A stretch of 15,313 nt of DNA. Source: Escherichia coli. GTDB lineage: Bacteria > Pseudomonadota > Gammaproteobacteria > Enterobacterales > Enterobacteriaceae. The notes beneath the pieces were generated by a model that did not search any database, was not told the origin of the DNA, and was given only the letters and a program-made list of their open reading frames with translations. The stretch lies in assembly GCF_003334315.1 (NCBI RefSeq), contig NZ_QOWR01000076.1. One strand, written 5' to 3'. A program made the translations under genes and the position numbers. This document shows positions 12,302-15,313 of the stretch, piece by piece (the first letter of the stretch is position 1; the number at the start of each line of letters is the position of its first letter).

Positions 12302-12323
12302 AAAATGACAAAATTGTCATTTT
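12302..12323. promoter_or_regulatory. CusR box (response-regulator binding palindrome) in the cusC/cusRS divergent control region
   Basis: AAAATGACAA-AA-TTGTCATTTT: two perfect 10-bp inverted arms around a 2-bp spacer, which is the published CusR-box consensus AAAATGACAANNTTGTCATTTT. It lies between a candidate cusC -10 (TATAAA on the minus strand, plus coordinates 12259..12254) and the candidate cusR promoter. Confidence 0.85.
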
Positions 12324-12335
12324 GCCAATAAGCGA

Positions 12336-12363
12336 TTGCCATCTGATCCCGCTACTCTAGAAT
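12336..12363 (+). promoter_or_regulatory. Candidate sigma70 promoter for cusRS
   Basis: -35 TTGCCA (12336-12341), 16-bp spacer, -10 TAGAAT (12358-12363), about 25 nt upstream of the cusR ATG. Predicted by eye only. Confidence 0.4.
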
Positions 12364-12388
12364 TGCCCGGGCAACATGCGGAGGAAAT

Positions 12389-13072
12389 ATGAAACTGTTG
12401 ATTGTCGAAGATGAAAAGAAAACCGGAGAATACTTGACCAAAGGGTTAACCGAAGCCGGTTTTGTGGTCGATTTGGCCGACAACGGGCTGAATGGCTACC
12501 ATCTGGCGATGACCGGTGATTATGATCTGATAATCCTCGATATTATGCTGCCGGACGTGAACGGCTGGGATATCGTGCGCATGTTACGCTCCGCCAATAA
12601 AGGGATGCCGATTCTGTTGCTTACCGCGCTTGGCACCATTGAACATCGCGTCAAGGGGCTGGAGTTGGGGGCAGATGACTACCTGGTGAAGCCATTCGCT
12701 TTTGCTGAACTGCTGGCGCGGGTGCGCACATTACTGCGGCGCGGGGCGGCGGTGATTATCGAAAGTCAGTTTCAGGTTGCCGATTTGATGGTCGATCTCG
12801 TCAGCCGCAAAGTCACCCGCAGCGGCACGCGCATCACTTTGACCAGTAAAGAGTTTACTCTGCTGGAGTTCTTCCTTCGCCATCAGGGCGAAGTGCTGCC
12901 CCGCTCGCTTATCGCCTCGCAGGTATGGGACATGAATTTTGACAGCGATACCAATGCTATTGATGTGGCGGTGAAGCGGCTGCGCGGCAAAATCGACAAC
13001 GACTTTGAGCCGAAGCTAATTCAGACCGTGCGCGGCGTGGGTTACATGCTTGAGGTGCCGGATGGTCAGTAA
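12389..13072 (+). CDS. cusR: CusR, OmpR-family response regulator of the CusS/CusR two-component system
   Basis: 227-aa ORF, GGAGG at 12380-12384. Receiver domain with the conserved phospho-acceptor context ([17 protein letters not shown]) and a C-terminal winged-helix domain ([21 protein letters not shown]...). Matches my recollection of E. coli CusR. Confidence 0.95.
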
Positions 13073-14510
13073 GCCATTTCAGCGCCCGTTTTCGCTGGCA
13101 ACCCGCCTGACCTTTTTTATCAGCCTGGCCACCATCGCGGCGTTTTTCGCCTTTGCATGGATCATGATCCACTCAGTAAAAGTTCATTTTGCCGAGCAGG
13201 ATATTAATGATTTAAAAGAGATTAGCGCCACCCTTGAACGGGTACTAAATCACCCTGACGAAACGCAAGCCCGACGCTTAATGACGCTGGAAGATATCGT
13301 CAGTGGTTATTCCAATGTGTTGATTTCCCTGGCAGATAGTCAGGGTAAAACGGTGTATCACTCCCCCGGTGCGCCGGATATCCGCGAGTTTACGCGTGAC
13401 GCCATACCCGATAAAGACGCTCAGGGTGGCGAGGTGTATCTCCTTTCCGGCCCGACGATGATGATGCCAGGCCACGGTCACGGGCATATGGAACACAGCA
13501 ACTGGCGGATGATTAACTTGCCGGTTGGCCCGTTGGTGGACGGCAAACCGATTTATACGCTCTACATCGCGCTTTCGATCGATTTTCATCTTCATTACAT
13601 AAATGATTTGATGAATAAACTTATTATGACCGCATCGGTAATCAGCATCCTGATCGTCTTTATCGTACTGTTGGCGGTACATAAAGGTCACGCGCCGATC
13701 CGCAGCGTCAGCCGTCAAATCCAGAATATTACCTCGAAAGATCTCGACGTTCGCCTCGACCCGCAGACCGTGCCGATTGAGCTGGAACAGCTGGTACTGT
13801 CGTTCAACCATATGATCGAGCGTATTGAGGATGTCTTTACCCGCCAGTCCAATTTCTCAGCGGATATCGCTCACGAAATTCGCACGCCGATTACCAATCT
13901 CATCACGCAAACGGAAATCGCCCTCAGCCAGTCTCGCAGCCAGAAGGAGCTGGAAGATGTGCTCTACTCTAATCTCGAAGAGCTGACGCGAATGGCGAAA
14001 ATGGTCAGCGATATGCTGTTTCTCGCTCAGGCCGATAACAACCAGCTAATCCCCGAAAAGAAAATGCTCAACCTGGCGGATGAAGTCGGCAAAGTGTTCG
14101 ATTTTTTCGAGGCGTTAGCGGAAGATCGCGGCGTGGAGTTGCGATTTGTTGGCGACAAATGTCAGGTTGCGGGCGATCCGCTGATGCTGCGTCGGGCGTT
14201 AAGCAACCTGCTTTCTAATGCCCTGCGTTATACGCCACCCAGTGAGGCTATTGTAGTGCGCTGCCAGACGGTCAATCATCAGGTGCAAGTTTCCGTCGAA
14301 AACCCCGGTACGCCCATTGCGCCCGAGCACTTACCGCGATTGTTTGACCGTTTCTATCGCGTTGACCCTTCCCGCCAGCGAAAAGGCGAAGGTAGCGGCA
14401 TTGGGCTGGCGATAGTGAAATCGATTGTTGTCGCGCATAAAGGCACGGTTGCAGTAACGTCAGATGCGCGGGGGACAAGGTTTGTGATTATGCTGCCAGA
14501 GAGAGAGTGA
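13062..14510 (+). CDS. cusS: CusS, copper/silver-sensing histidine kinase
   Basis: ATG at 13062 preceded by GAGG at 13052-13055, giving a 480-aa product ([41 protein letters not shown]...). Two transmembrane helices flank a periplasmic sensor domain, followed by HAMP, an H-box ([15 protein letters not shown]) and an ATPase domain ([13 protein letters not shown]). The start overlaps the cusR stop by 11 nt. The track's TTG at 13050 was rejected. Confidence 0.95.
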
Positions 14511-15246
14511 TTATTAAGTTCAAATTCAGGGCGTGGTGCATCACCTCCTGGTATTGTTGATCAACAAATTAGAGAAAAACTTATTAAACATATGAAATAT
14601 CGAAGGCTTTTATTTTTCAAAGTTTCACGAGATGTTTGTATATGAAACTTAGTTAAATCTGTGTTTCTTCCAATTGTAGATCACAATGCCCTTTCTAAAT
14701 TTTCATCGTTATAAACAAGCCATCTATCATATAAAGCAATGAATAATTTAATCGCGATTAATCATCATTAATTGTTATATTATTCACTCAATCTATTTAT
14801 CAAGTGAATTTGATAAATTCCTAATTTAAAATATCCACTATTGAGCCAGTATTTAACAACGTTAAGATGTGCAATGTGCAGATCATGTTATCAGGGTGGA
14901 GCGGTAGCATATATTTCTTATGCAATCATTCATTTTAATAATGTTAATTGGATTATTTATTGCTGTGAATAAAAATATATTATGAATATTGGTTTAACTT
15001 TACGTTTTTGTTACTCGTTGTGATATGCGTACCTGTCCTGAATAACGCCAAGAAACAAGAGGTTGAGCTTGTGATTATTTTTTTGACTGAACAGACACCC
15101 GTTTCTGTAAAGTAATATTTAAACAAAATTCTCACATAACCATAGCATTTTCTGTTCCTTCCCTAATAACGTCTGAAGTCGTCCCGCTTATCACATTATC
15201 CGCAGTTGTACGGTACGGATCATTATTCATTTTACTGGAGGTTGCT
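14511..15246. other. AT-rich non-coding spacer between cusS and the VgrG-like gene; likely promoter / xenogeneic-silencing region
   Basis: No ORF of 60 aa or more on either strand in the track. Two 60-nt lines I counted by hand (14761-14820 and 14941-15000) are each about 20% G+C, against roughly 50% in the flanking genes. Contains interleaved short palindromes at 14782-14820. Confidence 0.6.
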
Positions 15247-15313
15247 ATGTCAACCGGATTACGTTTCACACTGGAAGTGGACGGCCTGCCGCCGGATGCT
15301 TTTGCGGTGGTTT
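15247..15313 (+). CDS. vgrG: 5' end (22 codons) of a VgrG-like type VI secretion spike protein gene, truncated by the window edge
   Basis: ATG at 15247 preceded by GGAGG at 15237-15241 with a 5-nt spacer. The translation MSTGLRFTLEVDGLPPDAFAVV fits the N-terminal pattern of VgrG/gp27-like proteins as I recall it (compare V. cholerae VgrG1, which I recall as MATLAYSIEVEGLEDETLVV...). Only 22 residues are visible, so the family call is provisional. Confidence 0.5.
   Translation, partial: MSTGLRFTLEVDGLPPDAFAVV

Noticed and set aside
12957-14478. ORFs 12957..13172 (-), 13278..13811 (-) and 14272..14478 (-) antisense to cusR/cusS
   Set aside because: Antisense frames within the two-component system genes. 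The 177-aa one is the longest, but it has no recognisable domain and no start context.
14796-14817. Possible Fur box (TTTATCAA-N6-TTGATAAA) in the AT-rich spacer
   Set aside because: It contains GATAA-like half-sites but does not match the 19-bp Fur consensus (GATAATGATAATCATTATC) well enough; more parsimoniously an AT-rich palindrome or H-NS-type site.

Overview
This window reads as an Escherichia coli-type chromosomal segment carrying the copper/silver efflux (cus) locus and its usual neighbours. Everything below is from reading the sequence and the supplied ORF track, plus my recollection of the protein families; no database search was run. On the + strand: ybdK, ybdJ, ybdF, nfsB and ybdG. 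Convergent on the - strand: pheP, then the cusCFBA operon (cusC 12232..10859, cusF, cusB, cusA 9118..5975). Divergent from cusC on the + strand: cusR-cusS, with an 11-nt overlap. A perfect CusR-box palindrome sits in the cusC/cusR divergent promoter region, and an ERIC repeat fills the cusC-cusF spacer. Almost all of the window is well-described core genome, and I found no CRISPR array, IS element or prophage gene. The only part that looks accessory is the right-hand end: cusS is followed by a 736-bp very AT-rich non-coding stretch (14511..15246) and then a Shine-Dalgarno-preceded ORF whose first 22 codons (MSTGLRFTLEVDGLPPDAFAVV) look like the N-terminus of a type VI secretion VgrG spike protein. 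I think the window ends at the edge of a vgrG/Rhs-type island; if anything novel is nearby, it lies beyond the window and cannot be assessed here. Several ORF-track start codons were moved to internal starts with better ribosome-binding sites (ybdF, nfsB, ybdG, pheP, cusS).
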